NCBI RefSeq assembly: GCF_006345805.1
Contig: NC_043008.1
Location: 5,890,001-5,954,000, forward strand
Source: Octopus sinensis
Lineage: Eukaryota
Direction: 5' to 3'
DNA: 64,000 nt
Part shown: positions 12,069-25,499 of the stretch, in pieces
How positions within the stretch are numbered: the stretch's first letter is position 1
Layout: every line of letters begins with the position of its first letter
Position numbers and translations under genes: made by a program
Notes under the pieces: model-generated
The model's input: only the letters and a program-made list of their open reading frames with translations
Told to the model about the DNA's origin: nothing
Database searches by the model: none

Positions 12069-13113
12069 CTTATATAATTGTATGTTTATATATATATATA
12101 TGAAGGATGCCGTATGTTATTGATTACTTGTGCATATAGTTGTTATTGTGGATAGACTTTTGACTGTTATGTATAAAATCTTTGAAATAATGTAAATCTG
12201 TTGAGGTAGCATCAAGTAAGCTCTCCCTTTCTTCTTTTATCTGTTTTGCCATATTGTTTAAAACTGCTATGTAAGGACATTTTTGAATTTTATCTCTCTA
12301 CGACTGAATTTCCTTCTCAACTCTCTAGATGTGTCCATATCTCCGAAGACATGAATGAAATCATGCACAAGTGTGTGTTAGCATGCATCTATAAGTTTAC
12401 TTAAGTGTTCTTGAGATAAACTCGAATCGATATGTCAAAAGATATGTTGAAAGTTGTTGTATGAAAGTGTTATGGATTACATCCATCTCGTAACAAGTTG
12501 AACATTTCCACAAAGAATGCCTTCTTACATCATGTTTGCAAGTCATGAGATAAGCATTGCCAGCCTACAAGCTATTTCCAGATATTCTCATTAATACAAC
12601 TCCCTGTAAACAAGGAAATAAAAGGTGCTCTATTATTGATACGGAATCCTTTTTGAATCTATTCTATTTGCTTAAAGCAACAACAACAGCAGCAGCAGTA
12701 AGGCAAACAGCAAATTGTTTAGAATTCAGCTTCTCTGTTCTTTTTAGATACCTCCAAAAGGTTAATGTTTTGGGCTTTGTTTTCTTTATTCAGTTTTCCT
12801 GTGTTTTGTTTTTTTCCTATTTTTCTCTTTTAAAATATAAAATGAAAGTAATAATATTTGGATAAAAACAAAATTTGAAAAAAGCAAGAATTGTGAGTTT
12901 TTGTTTTTCCTCTCCTCTTACTAACAAATCAACATAACTTTCAGTGCTATAAGCATCTATAAATAGCCACAAATATAAGATATTCTGCTATACTAACAGA
13001 AATGCTTATATTCTGTTTTATATACAAGTCTAATGGTACTAAATTCCTTTGAAACTAGCAAACAGTTGTTTTTATCTCTTCATTTGCGAAGAAAGAGTGT
13101 CCATGGCTTCTGC

Positions 13114-13338
13114 TGTACAATCTACATGGTAGATTCTACATGTACAATCTACATGGTAGATTCTATATGGTAAATTCTACATGTACAAGCTACATGGTAG
13201 ATTCTACATGTACAATCTACATGGTAGATTCTACATGTACAATCTACATGGTAGATTCTATATGGTAAATTCTACATGTACAATCTACATGGTAGATTCT
13301 ATATGGTAAATTCTACATGTACAATCTACATGGTAGAT
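13114..13338. repeat. Minisatellite of 27-bp (tgtacaatctacatggtagattctaca) and 14-bp units, each self-complementary
   Basis: AATCTAC-atg-GTAGATT hairpin and ACATGT palindrome in the units. About 7 long units. Confidence 0.95.
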
Positions 13339-13485
13339 GAGAATTAGTGATTGCACCGAAACTCTAAGTTGAAATACAGGAAAGTTAAACATGGCAATTT
13401 CTTAAGTCTGGGACAGATTTATGTAGGTGCTCTAATTGTATTAGGTTTGTATTCCAAAATTTAGTGAAATATAATATATACATGT

Positions 13486-13975
13486 ATAGGCACAGGAGTG
13501 ACTGTGTGGTAAGTAGCTTCCTTCCCAACCACTTGATTCCAGGTTCAGTCTCACTGCAGAGCATCTTGGGCAAGTGTCTTCTACTGTAGCATCAGGCTGA
13601 CCAAAGTCTTGTGAGTGGATTTGGTAGACGGAAACTGAAACAAAACTACCATATATATATATATAATATATATACACACATATATATATATAGAATGTGA
13701 AAATATATGAGATTTAAGAATACAATAAGATATATAAAAGTATTATATAGATATGAACACACATTTTTGTTGTATGATTGTTGACTACTCGTAAGTTCTG
13801 CCCTTTGGTGTGTTTATATCCCCATAACTTAGCAGTTTGGAAAAAGAGATGAACAGCTGAAGTACTAGATGTAAAAAAAGACAAAAAAGTACTGGGGTGG
13901 TCAATCCATTTGACTGAGAAATTCTTCAAGACAGTGCTCCAGCATGGCCACAGCCTGATAACTGAAACAAGAGAA
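13486..13975 (+). mobile_element. CORE-type SINE, older copy
   Basis: Head 13486-13650, TA-rich middle, tail ..gtgctccagcatggccacagc..actgaaacaag. Confidence 0.8.
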
Positions 13976-14714
13976 AAAAAAATCGAAAAAAAATCACATC
14001 ACCGAAATCTCAAAGATACAAGATAAATCGATGATTAATTGAAAACAATGAGAATAAACAAACATTACATTTGATATAGTGACCTGAATGGTTAAGGGTT
14101 AAATGCTTATAGCCTGCCTATTCATGACTGATGAATCTGAAGTAAAATCCAATATTCTTAAAATGTAAATATTTTGGTTTACTTTTTACAAGTAAAATAC
14201 ACAAGGTGTATTTGCTAAAGACTTTGAATTCAGATACTATGTTTGGCTTCTACTAAATATTTCTCTGCTCAAATTTTAAACATACAAAGTGTTTGCTGCA
14301 TAATTTTTGATTTTGTTATTGTGTAGTTGCTTTTCTTTTTACACAACACTCTTCTCTCTAAAATAATTTTGAAATAAATCACTTTTGCAGAGCAAAGATT
14401 AGCTGACAACCAAAGAATAACAATTTTTCCATAGCTAATTCTCTCTCACTAAATTGTAATACAAACCGTCTTTCAATTTCTTTCTATAATGTTGTTTGCT
14501 CAATAAAGACTAGCAAGACAGGAATATCAGAATTTCAGGAGAACCTTATTTACAAAAGAACCAAGAGAAATTCTAACCGTAATACTTAATAGTAGCAAAA
14601 GTACTAATAATAAACAGTCCACTATCTTGTAGTATTTTATCTAATGGTTAGGTGAGGTTAGTGAAATTTAGGATTATTTTTTAACTCCTTGGAGATGCCA
14701 TGGATGGAGAATGA

Positions 14715-14840
14715 TTACATCGACCCCAGTATTTGACTGGTACTTATTTTATCGACCCCAAAAATATGACCGGTAAAGTCAGCCTTGGTGGAATTTGAAT
14801 TGAGATTATAAAGATGGGCAAAATGCTGTTGAGTCCATTT
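14715..14840 (-). mobile_element. Meta-type tRNA SINE fragment
   Basis: tcgaccccagt..actggtacttattttatcgacccc..aaagtc..ggaatttgaa. Confidence 0.7.
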
Positions 14841-14869
14841 TGTTCAGCATGTTGAAAATACTGCCTACC

Positions 14870-14907
<38 letters not shown>

Positions 14908-14919
14908 TATAATTATAAT

Positions 14920-15180
14920 GTCACTGCTGAAAAAGGTGGTAGTAGTACCAATAATTGTTGGAGACCTGGGAACAGTGAGTAAAAATCTCGAGAAGTACAT
15001 GGAACAAATAGAGGCTGCAATAAGCGTGGAACACTTGCAGAAAACAGCACTGCTTGGAACCACTTGAACACTCTGGAAGGTGCTCAAAAAATAATGGGTG
15101 TTACATTAGTTCACTGGTAGTGAACAGCTGGCACCGTAGTACATCTCCAGCATTATAAGCTGTGCAAAGACAATGAAATA
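14920..15180 (+). mobile_element. R4/Dong-like (restriction-like endonuclease) LINE 3' fragment inserted in (AAT)n
   Basis: KKVVVVPIIVGDLGTVSKNLEKYMEQIEAAISVEHLQKTALLGT resembles the RLE C-terminus. (AAT)n on both sides. Confidence 0.7.
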
Positions 15181-15561
15181 ATAATGAAAATAATAATGAT
15201 AATGATAACAAGAGCACTCAGAGAGCGCAAACCTCCGCCAAGGCCACACCAACGTCTTCTCAACGATTAGCCAGAGATGATCTTTAAAATGTGAATATCT
15301 GAAATAATCTCGAATGGTCTCACAAATGAGAATACTAAAAATGAACCCGACCTATCACACAAATTAAGTAAAAAAACTGGAAAAATTATCCAGAATCTTG
15401 TCCACTACCTGATTAGTCCAAATGGTAGTCATGGAATGTGAAGGTGGTTGTAGAAAATTTAGTAACAGTAATAAATAGTTTATTCTTATCTACTACAAGC
15501 CAAAGTTAACAAATTCCCCATTCAAAATAGTTTCGAAGGCAGAGGTAATAGTAATAATAAG

Positions 15562-15945
15562 ATATGTGCATCTCTGATCACGAGCAGAAGTAGTGGGGGA
15601 GCATCATAGCCATGTGTTGAGAGGGATTCTTTGGGGTTTGAATAATTCACCTTTGGAAACATGGGTGTTTTGTTCAACATTCTTAATCAACCCTTATTCA
15701 GGGACCTTTTGAGTGGGATAGGCTACTCAACCTGAAAAAAATTTAACTGGGCCCCATCTGCAAGGTCATGTGCTGTTTATCTTGATACGAGATCACTGTG
15801 TCACACCCATACAGTTGTGATGCATGTGCCTGGTGTACTCTTATTAGACAAGTAGTTATGTTGGGTATACTGGGCATCGCATATTTTACCCCAGTGTCAC
15901 TCTGATGGCATGAACTGCTCTCTCACCCAATAATAATAATCATAA
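15562..15945 (+). mobile_element. Retroelement 3' end with (AAT)n tail
   Basis: GC-richer block ending ..ctgctctctcacccaataataataat. Family assignment from recollection of octopus repeats only. Confidence 0.45.
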
Positions 15946-15948
15946 TAA

Positions 15949-15983
<35 letters not shown>

Positions 15984-15994
15984 ATCATTACTAC

Positions 15995-16385
15995 TATAGG
16001 CACAAGGCCTGAAATTTGGGGGAGGGGACTAGTCGATTACATCGACCCCAGTGTTTCACAGGAACTTAATTTATCGACCCTGAAAGGATGAAGGGCAAAG
16101 TTGACCTCAGCAGAATTTGAACTCAGAATGTTAAGACAGACAAAATGCTGCTAAGCATAATAGTGATAATCCTTTCTAACAAAGGCACAAGACCTGAAAT
16201 ATTGGAGGAGATGACTAGTCAATTACCTTGACCCCAGTACTCAACTGGTACTTAATTCATTGACCCCGAAAGGATGAAAAGCATAGTCGACCATGGCGGA
16301 ATTTGAACACAGAACGTAGAGACAGATGAAATACTCCTCAGCATTTTGCCCAGTGTGCTAACAGTTCTGCCAGCTCACTGCCTTC
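15995..16385 (-). mobile_element. Two tandem Meta-type SINE copies
   Basis: 15995-16155 and 16180-16385 both carry gaccccagt..actggtactt..gacccc gaaaggatgaa..gtcgacc..gaatttgaac. Confidence 0.8.
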
Positions 16386-16475
16386 ATAATAATAATAATA
16401 ACAACAACAACAACAATAATAACAGCAATAGAATACACGGAATCATAGAAAAATCATCCCAAAGAGCAGTGATTC

Positions 16476-16705
16476 TTATATTGTAACTGGTCTTGTAGAA
16501 ATGAGTTGCGACGTCACAGGTGCCAAGCTGTATCGACCTTTGTCTTTCCCTTGGATATCACTGGTGGCATGGAGAGGGGAGGCTGGTATGCATGGGCGAC
16601 TGCTGGTCTTCCATAAACAACCTTGCCCGGACTTGTGTCTAGGAGGGTAACTTTCTAGGTGCAATCCCATGGTCACTCATGACCGAAGGGGGTCTTTACC
16701 CTTTA
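16476..16705 (+). mobile_element. Retroelement 3'-end family, longest copy
   Basis: Contains the 4733/5394 sequence plus an upstream extension. Confidence 0.75.
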
Positions 16706-17265
16706 TATGTGTGTGGCCAAAACAAAGTTCCCTGAGTGTTCACTGGTATGAACGAAGCTAGAGATCAAAGGTTAATATATTCCATAGCTTTAGTGAAACT
16801 GGGTCTTAAATTAAGTTTCTTCCAAAGAAGACGTTATTCAGCATTCTATCCAGTAGGGTATATTGCTTTTCACCCAATTAATCTCAGAGAGGCCGGTGAT
16901 AAGCGCTGGTCTAGTGAAATATTGAGGTCAGTGAAAGGAAATAATCATAAATAATGTTTAATGATTTTACTGCCAGGAAAACTTTGAATGCTGCCAAATT
17001 TTCATTGAAAATGAAGCAATGAACAAATTTACCAAGTTTGTCTGAGTGCAATAATTCAAGACAAAGTTGAAGCAGAAAGTTGGCGAAAGAGAAGAGAGGC
17101 AGAAAGAAAGAAATTGAGTTACCAGAGTTTCGCTAAAACTTCAGAAAGATAAACTTCATACTTCCATCTGCCATATTTTAATTTTCATTTAAGTAACATG
17201 ATAGGGGCTGACAGTAGTTTCCCTTGTTTAATCCTGCTCAATGTTTTAGTAATAACCATTTAGTT

Positions 17266-17665
17266 GAAGGCGGCGAACTGGCAGAAATGTTAGCACGCTG
17301 GGTGAAATGCTTAACGGTATTTCTTCTGCCGTTATGTTCCGAGTTCAAATTCCGCCGAGGTCGACTTTGCCTTTCATCCTTTCAGGATCGATAAATTAAG
17401 TACCAGTTACGCACTGGGGTCGATGTAATGGACTTAACCCGTTTGTCTGTCCTTGTTTGTCCCCTCTGTGTTTAGCCCCTTGTGGGTAATAAAGGAATAG
17501 GTATTTCATCTGTCTTTACTTTCTGAGTTCAAATTCCGCCGAGGTCAACTTTGCCTTTCATCCTTTCAGGGTCGATAAATTAAGTACCAGTTGCATACTG
17601 CAGTCGATCTAATCGACTGCCCCCCCCCCCCAAAAAAATTTCAGGCCTTGTGCCTAGAGTAGAAA
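17266..17665 (+). mobile_element. Dimeric Meta-type tRNA SINE
   Basis: aggcggcgaactggcag..gagttcaaattccgccgaggtcgactttgcctttcatcc (17266-17503), then a second partial monomer ending ttcaggccttgtgcctagagtagaaaag. Confidence 0.9.
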
Positions 17666-17994
17666 AGAATAACTGTTTAGTAATATGACAATCACCATAG
17701 CATGGTGTGTGCAAGTGAATTCCGAATGCTGGACTGTGAGTACCTAATACAAACCAAAGTTAACAAATTCGCCATTGAAAAAAGTTTCAAAGGCAGAGGT
17801 AATAATAATAAGTTCCACTCAGGAATTTTTAAATGGATAGCATTAGGCCTTTTGGTTTTTCTTTTCTCTTAAATTACGGCCTTCCTTTAGTATTCCTGTT
17901 GTTTTAGATCGATGTATAGATATATGTATATATGTAAGTTTGCAAGGTTAAATGTTTTCAAGTTTGAATGTGTCATACAGAAAACCTTAAGGCA

Positions 17995-18430
17995 GCAAAC
18001 TAGCAGAACCATTTGCACACTGGGCAAAATTCTAGTGGCATTTTGTCTGTCTACAAGTTCTGAGTTCAAACCCTGTTGATGTTAACCCCTTTTGGGGGTC
18101 GATAAAACAAGTACTGGTCAAACACTGGGTTTGATGTTTTTGACTTACCCCCTCTCCTGACCTTGCTGGCCTTGTGCCAAAATTTGAAACCACTATCATT
18201 GGAGTTGAAACCTTCTCTCTTGATAACCTTCTTCAACAATGTTTCTTTCCTTTACTTGTTCTCTTTTTCTTACTTAGAATATTCCTAGTTATGAGTTCAA
18301 ATTCCGCTGAGGTTGACTTTGCCTTGCATTCTTTCAGGGTCGATAAAATAAGTATTAACTGAGCACCGGGATCGATGTAATAACCTATGCCCCTCCCCTT
18401 AAACTGCTGGCCTTGTGCCAAAACCTGTAA
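17995..18430 (+). mobile_element. Two older Meta-type SINE copies
   Basis: gagttcaaa..gggtcgataaaa..aagta motifs at about 18060-18115 and 18290-18355. Confidence 0.75.
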
Positions 18431-19369
18431 CCAGCAGAACTATCATCTTGTAGTTAAAAACAAATGGAGATAATTGCTGTTTGTTTTGCCTCAAAGAAAA
18501 TTCAGTTCTGCAATTTGAATTGAATTGCGACAATGGCTTCAACTTAAACTGTTTTGAGATTTGAAACTTTTAAAAAGAGATTAGCTAAGAGCACCGTGCA
18601 TCAGACAAGTTTAATGAAATAATTTACATTCTGTTTGGAATACGATTCCATATTGGTAACACTGTTCCATAATAACCTGGAGATATTTCATTTGATAGAA
18701 TCAATTTCATTTGAGAGCAACCAAAGAATATTTGGTTAAGCAGTTTTACTGTATAGAAACCACAAGTCAAATGTTTGTGGGTTAATTCTCAATGTTGAGA
18801 TAAAAGTTCATATTTTGTCTGCTTCCAACTATAAATTCTATACACTAATCATTATATGACACTTTCTAGTCACTGCTTCATCATTATATTATAAACATAA
18901 TCAAATTGTTTAGAACATTATACATGAAATATTTCAATAGAACTGTCAATTTGACCATAACTGTGGAACAATTTATGGAATATCTTGAGAAATTCATCTC
19001 TAGTCTGTTCCATTAGGAAAGATTTCAGACAGTTATTATACAAGTGTAGAAGGTATTTCATCACTTATAAAAATCTCCTATCCATCTTTATTATATGATG
19101 TTTATATCATAACCAGTGTCACTGCTAATTCATTTGTTAGGAAGCTGCCCTATCAACTGAAGAATTAAATCTTCATCTTACCAATGTATTTTTCTTTGGC
19201 TGTTGTGTTTGAGACGTGTGGCAGACATTTACCACTCAGTAGTTTAGTCTAGATGCAAAGTTCCAACTTGAGACAGTTGAGAAAAGTATATGGCTGGTGA
19301 AGGGCCCCACCCTATAGATTTAATAGTTTGGAGAGAATTGTTTTCAAATTATTCTATTTATATCATCAG

Positions 19370-19444
19370 CCTGTCTAGGACTCGATGTGTCTCTAAACCA
19401 TTTACAGTTTTGTTTACAACATCGCAGAATGCTTATCAATAAAA
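19370..19444 (+). CDS. Candidate exon (xCLGLDVSLNHLQFCLQHRRMLINK)
   Basis: ttctatttatatcatcag acceptor, A|gtgagg donor, 75 nt. LDVSxNxL is LRR-like. Confidence 0.2.
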
Positions 19445-20593
19445 GTGAGGGATAAAAACACAAAAACATTTCACCAATAATATATTCATATTCTTATGTA
19501 TTTGTTATTGATTGAAGTAATGCTTTGCCAGTAGTTAAATGTTTATCTTCTCTGTATCATAGCTATAGTTTTGTTATTATAAAGCTAAGGTTAATTGATT
19601 CAAATTAAATTTAAATCAAATTTATACTGGGGAAAAGAAAATATTTCAAAATTGACTTAATATATTCACTTGATTGTAGTATTAAATATAAATCTAGTTT
19701 TTCTTTTCATCTTCACATATATTCAAGTGAATGCATCGACTTGTTTCATTATTCTTGTTGTCTTTGTTCAATATTGATAGAGCTGAGCGGTAAAATTAAT
19801 CATCTATTAAACTATAAGTATGATTTATTGAGATTTATTGCCAAACAAATAATCACATTTTAAAAAAAATGTGCGATGTCTTAATTCTGATAATATTTGT
19901 AGTTTGTCTGGCATTCTCCTAACTTCTTTAGGATTTAGAAAGTTCTTATATTGATGTCTTTGAGAGAAAGTTTGTCAGTTCTGACCTAATGCTTACACTG
20001 TCTTACTTCATCAATTTCTATAAAATATCATTTTTATTATTTAAAAAAGTATTTCAAACAACACTCTAAAGAGATTAGGTATTTTAAAACCAAATGTGGA
20101 GAAAAAAAAATACATTAGTTATTCACTATACTTTTATTTATTTTTTATTTGCTTATTTATTTATTTATTTATTTTAGTTTGATTGCAGCCAACTTCAATA
20201 TATGTTTAGTTACAAACTTATAAATCTAAAAAAAAAAAAAAAAAAAAAGAACAAAAAACAAAAAAAAAAATCTGTTTCATTATTTAGTTCCTTATTTTAA
20301 TTCTTCTAATTATGGTTCTGCTAGAGCAGGTTTATTAGGTTGTTTCATAGAATCTCTAAAAATATTCTTGTAAGTTTCATTCTTTGTTTTTCTCTTTCCT
20401 TTTCCATTTCGAATAAAGAATAAGTAAGGCACTTTATATCTCTATTATTGCCAACATCTTGACACATTTTGTACGGAGTTGCCTTTCTCAAAAGAAGTTA
20501 ATCAATTTAATGCCATCTTATAAAGGATTCTTAAATTCTTAAAATGCAAAGTTAGGGTTTGGGATTTTGTATTATACTGATTTATTTTTTACA

Positions 20594-20982
20594 TCTCTCT
20601 ATATATAAAGCTGAAGTTGTCTGTGTATGGCAGGTTTGGTAGCCTTCAACTAACACTATCTCCTCTGAGACCCTGTGGCGCAAGTTGACCAAAATTGAGA
20701 GTATGATAGAAGGCGTGCTCTTCCTTCCGTAGAAGAAAAAATTCAAATCGGACCATGTTAACACCAAAAATTATTTACATAAAAAAAGTGCTTTTTTTCT
20801 ATGAAAATCCCTATTTTTTACGATTTTTTGACTGCTGTGTCGCTATTTTTCGGTGTATTTCAACCAGAAAAATGTTCACTTAAAGAGAATAACAAGCTAC
20901 ATAATGCAAAATTTTTACTTTTCAAAAATTCCAGTTGTAAAGGGTCGAAACGACTCCGAGCAACGCCGGGCGATACTGCTAG
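20594..20982 (+). mobile_element. Non-autonomous Helitron
   Basis: 5' a|TCtctctatatataaag. 3' ccgagcaacgccgggc hairpin followed by ctgCTAG. Confidence 0.75.
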
Positions 20983-21274
20983 CTTTTTTTTTTTATAAAT
21001 CTCAGTCAAATTTGAAGAACTATACAGAAAAGAATTACATACTCAACATATCGTAATTCAAGTTCAGCTTCTGTTGTTCTTTTCTGCCAGAATATAAAGT
21101 AAACAAAAGATTAAAAGGTTAAGACAAAATATTTTTGATCAATCTTTATTCCTCAAGATTGAACAATGGATAGTTAAGATGGTATAAAAGTTTCAAAATT
21201 AGTGTTAGGGACCAAAGGTAAGAACAGTCATAAGTAATGATTTGCGTTTTTGCTTCATTTTTAATTTTTTAATT

Positions 21275-21668
21275 TTTTATTTGTTTCAGTCATTTGACTG
21301 TGGCTATGCTGGGGCATTGCCTTTAGTCAAACAAATCGACCCCAGAATTTATTCTTTGTAAGCCTAGTACTTATTCTATCAGTTGCTTTTGCCAAACTGC
21401 TAAGTTACAGGGACGTAAACACACCAGCATCGGTTGTCAAGCGATGGTGGTGGTAGGGGGGGGGGAACAAACAGACATACAAACACTCACCCATATATAC
21501 ATATATATATGACAGGCTTCTTTCAGTTTCTGTCTACCAAATCCACTCACAAGGCTTTGGTTGACCCGAGGTTATACAAGAAGACACTTGACCAAGGTGC
21601 TACACAGTGGGACTGAACCCAGAACCATATGGTTGGTAAGCAAGCTACTTACCACACAGCCACTCCTG
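21275..21668 (-). mobile_element. CORE-type SINE
   Basis: Full head, core and tail, as at 10426-10807. Confidence 0.85.
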
Positions 21669-23029
21669 CTTAAGGAACAAAGTTTGTTAAATCTAGGTAT
21701 GGGGAGGGCTGTAAGAGAATTGAACCTGGGACAGTTCATGCATTGCTATCGCAGATAAGGTGTGACTGGGATTTAAAACTAAAATAGTTTCTTCAAGGAT
21801 TTGCTGTGTTCTTAGCACATCACCAGAGACACATCTACAGTGCCTCTGGCATTACACACCTTTCAACTTGTAATTTGTATTTTTGTACTATTCCTCAAAC
21901 TAGTGAGAATTTTGGTAATCAGATTTCCTGAAACCTGAAATGTGCAAAATAGGAATGGAACAGTTGTTGAGATACAGAGTAGCCCCCCCCCCCCAAAAAA
22001 AAATGGTAAGAAGGAATACTGGAAGCATATGAATGTCAGAAATTGGTTAAATATTATGAAATGGAAGAAAGAAGAAGAAGAAGGTGTAGGTCAGCACTTG
22101 ACCTAGTAACATATTGGAAAGGAAACCTTTGTGAGAGAGGCAATTGTTGGGTGGATTGTTTGGTATTTGAAGAATTAATTATCATAAGAGATGATGACAG
22201 GAGGAGAAATAAGATTAATCAGGTGAACTTGGCGAAATATGTAATGCAACTAGCAAAGGTAGTGGTTGGAGTGCTTGAAGGATCTGAGTGAGAAGATAGA
22301 AATAGTCTAAGATGCATGTGGTTGTAATAGCATAATTGTTGCAGATTCGTATACAGATCTCTTGTGAGAGTTGCACGAGTTTAAAGGGTTCTGACTTTTG
22401 ATTTTCACTTGTCAGATTTGTTGGAATTAATCCTTAATGTTCTTTGATGTAAATCAAGAAATGTTATTTGCCCAACACGTATTTTCTTCTTTCTGATACC
22501 ATTCCGTAATACTTATGTTTCGATATTTCTCTTTTTTTCTTTTTTGCCTCTATGATTTACATTCATTCCTGTCATCTTTTAAGGGGCAAGCTGTTTATCA
22601 ATTCTTTTGAAATGATGAAAAAAAACAAAAAACAAATAACATTTTATTACTGGAAGATTTGAGAGAAAAGTATGTTTTTTTGTAAGGCAGCTAGTTTTAC
22701 AATATCACTTAACAGATCTTTCATCTTTTTGGTAGTAAGAGGTAAGGGCCCAGAAAGATTGTTATTATTAAAAATCATCCACGACAAGACTCATGATCCA
22801 TAATCAGGATGAAAACCCTCGTGATCTAGAAGAAGATTTCGTATTTTGATTGTCAAATTATAGTGTTACTTTTTATCATGGAGATTCCTTGCTATGCATT
22901 GCCAAATTTCTCTCCATAAGAATTATGTTGTAATCCCTTTCCTTGAATCTCTTCATTTCAAAGGAAAATATCCAACAACACAGCAACATATTAAGTCAGG
23001 TTCAAAGAATTTACTATTTGAAAAGAGAA

Positions 23030-23280
23030 TATACTGGAATGGTCTGTTGTTGCTTTCTCCAAGACCATTGGTGCTAATTACTTTTAATATAAATATACTC
23101 GCATATATATAAATATATAATATATAATATAAATATAAATATATATATAAATATATAATATAAATATATTTGCATATCCAAATTATTATAAAAGTTTTCT
23201 GGAATGGTCTGTTGTTGCTTTCTCTAGGACCATTGGTACTAATTACTTTTAATATAAATATACTTGCATATCCAAATTTT
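23030..23280. repeat. Local tandem duplication of about 165 bp
   Basis: ctggaatggtctgttgttgctttctc..gaccattggt..ctaattacttttaatataaatatact at about 23034 and about 23200. Confidence 0.9.
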
Positions 23281-24499
23281 TTGATGGCTTGTTTTTAAAA
23301 CTCAGTCTTCAAGAAATAAAAATTAAGCAACAAATAAAGTCCATCTGTTGTATTTGAGGAATTATTATAAAAATAATAATGTAAGACATTTAACAGCATC
23401 TGAACAGATCTTATCAAGTCTTTTCAGAACAGCAAAAATGAAGAAAAGCTCTCTCTATAAAAGATGGTACTTTTTCATCATTTGATTTATGCGATGAATA
23501 TTGTTACAACGGGTAATTGGCAATATCTATCTAGATGCTTGAAGTCAATAACAAAGATAGATATCATACATAAGTTGGAATGAAGACGAATTGGCTTTGT
23601 ACAGTTTATTTATAAGCAAAGGATCCCGGAGAGAATGAATGAGAATATTAACAAAATACACTACAAGTAAAACTTGAGATGAACAGGTGTTGTATCCTTG
23701 GAAGAATCTCAATTCTGATTAATATATTGGTTTCTAATTTTGGCCCAAAGTTGGCAATTTCAGGGATGGAATGTTTAATACAGTTCTATATTTAAGAGAT
23801 GAACAATCAGATGGGTGGAAAGTAAAGTTGGCCTCAGCAGGATTAAAACTGAGGAATTAAAAGAGACAGAACTAACATCTGCAAGCATTTGTACAACACT
23901 CTGAGGATTATGTTTAATGAGACAGGGTTGATGTATCTACTCTGACATCCTAAAGAAGGGAAATCTCACCTCAAATCTCACCATCTTTGGCCTTGCCCTA
24001 CACCAAGGATCCACCAACTCTAGACTCCACCTGGAACAGCATTACATTTTCACTCTGCATACCCAAACTCCTTTCAGACTCAACACAACCCCCATCCTCT
24101 CAGTGTCTTTCCCCACACACCCATTTTTAAAACACATTTTACTCAATCTTTTTATCCTTTTTTATTCATTTTTTATTTGTTTATTTATTATTATTATTTT
24201 TTTATAATTTTTAAAATAATTTTTTAACAATTTAATAATAAAAAAAAATTTTTAATAATTGTTTAATAATTTTTATTTCTGTTACTAATCTTATTTTCTT
24301 AACCAAATTTCTTTCTGTTTCTGATTTATTCACTAAATTCTTTTAATTTTTTTTCATTATTACTAATTTTTATTTTTCATTTGTCATTATTTTTCATTAT
24401 TTATTCATTAATTTTATTATGTGTTATTTGTATTATTTTTATTTTTTGTAAATTTTATTTTTCACTATTTCTTTGTATCATTTCTTGTTTTTTATATTC

Positions 24500-25490
24500 T
24501 TGATACACACCACACATGCACACCCATGTACATGCACACCCACTCATGCACACATACACATGCACTCTCACATGTGCACACACACATGTGCACACACACA
24601 TGTGCACACACACATGTGCACACACACATGTGCACACACACATGTGCACACACACATGTGCACTCTCACATGTGCACTCTCACATGTGCACACACACATG
24701 TGCACACACACATGTGCACACACACATGTGCACTCTCACATGTGCACACACACATGTGCACACACACATGTGCATACACACACACCTGCACACATAATAC
24801 CTACAGCCTTAGCTACACCAATGCACCCATACACACCCCTTCCACGTGCACACGCACCCACATGCACACATGTACACACACACCATGTACCCACCCATGC
24901 ATGCACACCTGCATGAGCAAACACACCCACATGCATACCCACACATGCACACATACACATGCACTCTCACATGTGCACCCACACATGTGCATACATACAT
25001 GCCCGCACACATAATACCCACAGCCTTGGCTACACCAATGCATCCACACACACCCCTTCTCACCCCTTTACAGCCACAGCCACTCATTCTCACACCCTCT
25101 TCTGACTGCCTCTGACCCACTATTGACCCTTCCCTTTACACACACATGCAAACATACACATACATACACTTCCACATCTACCTATTCACACACCTGTCAT
25201 TATAGCTGCTGATCTCTCAAAGTGACATTAGCACACACACACACATCCTACCACACACATGCACACACATACACACACAGACTACACACACAAACACAAA
25301 CATAAACACAGTTAATACCAAACACACACACATACACATACACATGCAATTACTACCACACACACCCTACCATATATACAAACACTACCATACACACCAC
25401 ATGCTACCACACATATGCACACACCCTACCACATATACACACACAGATAAACTATGCACATAGACACAAACACACACACAGTTAATACCA
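24500..25490. repeat. (CA)-rich compound repeat with a 14-bp cacacacatgtgca array and an internal duplication
   Basis: Array 24568-24780. cacataatacc..cagcctt.gctacaccaatgca occurs at about 24790 and about 25007. Confidence 0.9.
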
Positions 25491-25499
25491 GATGAACTT

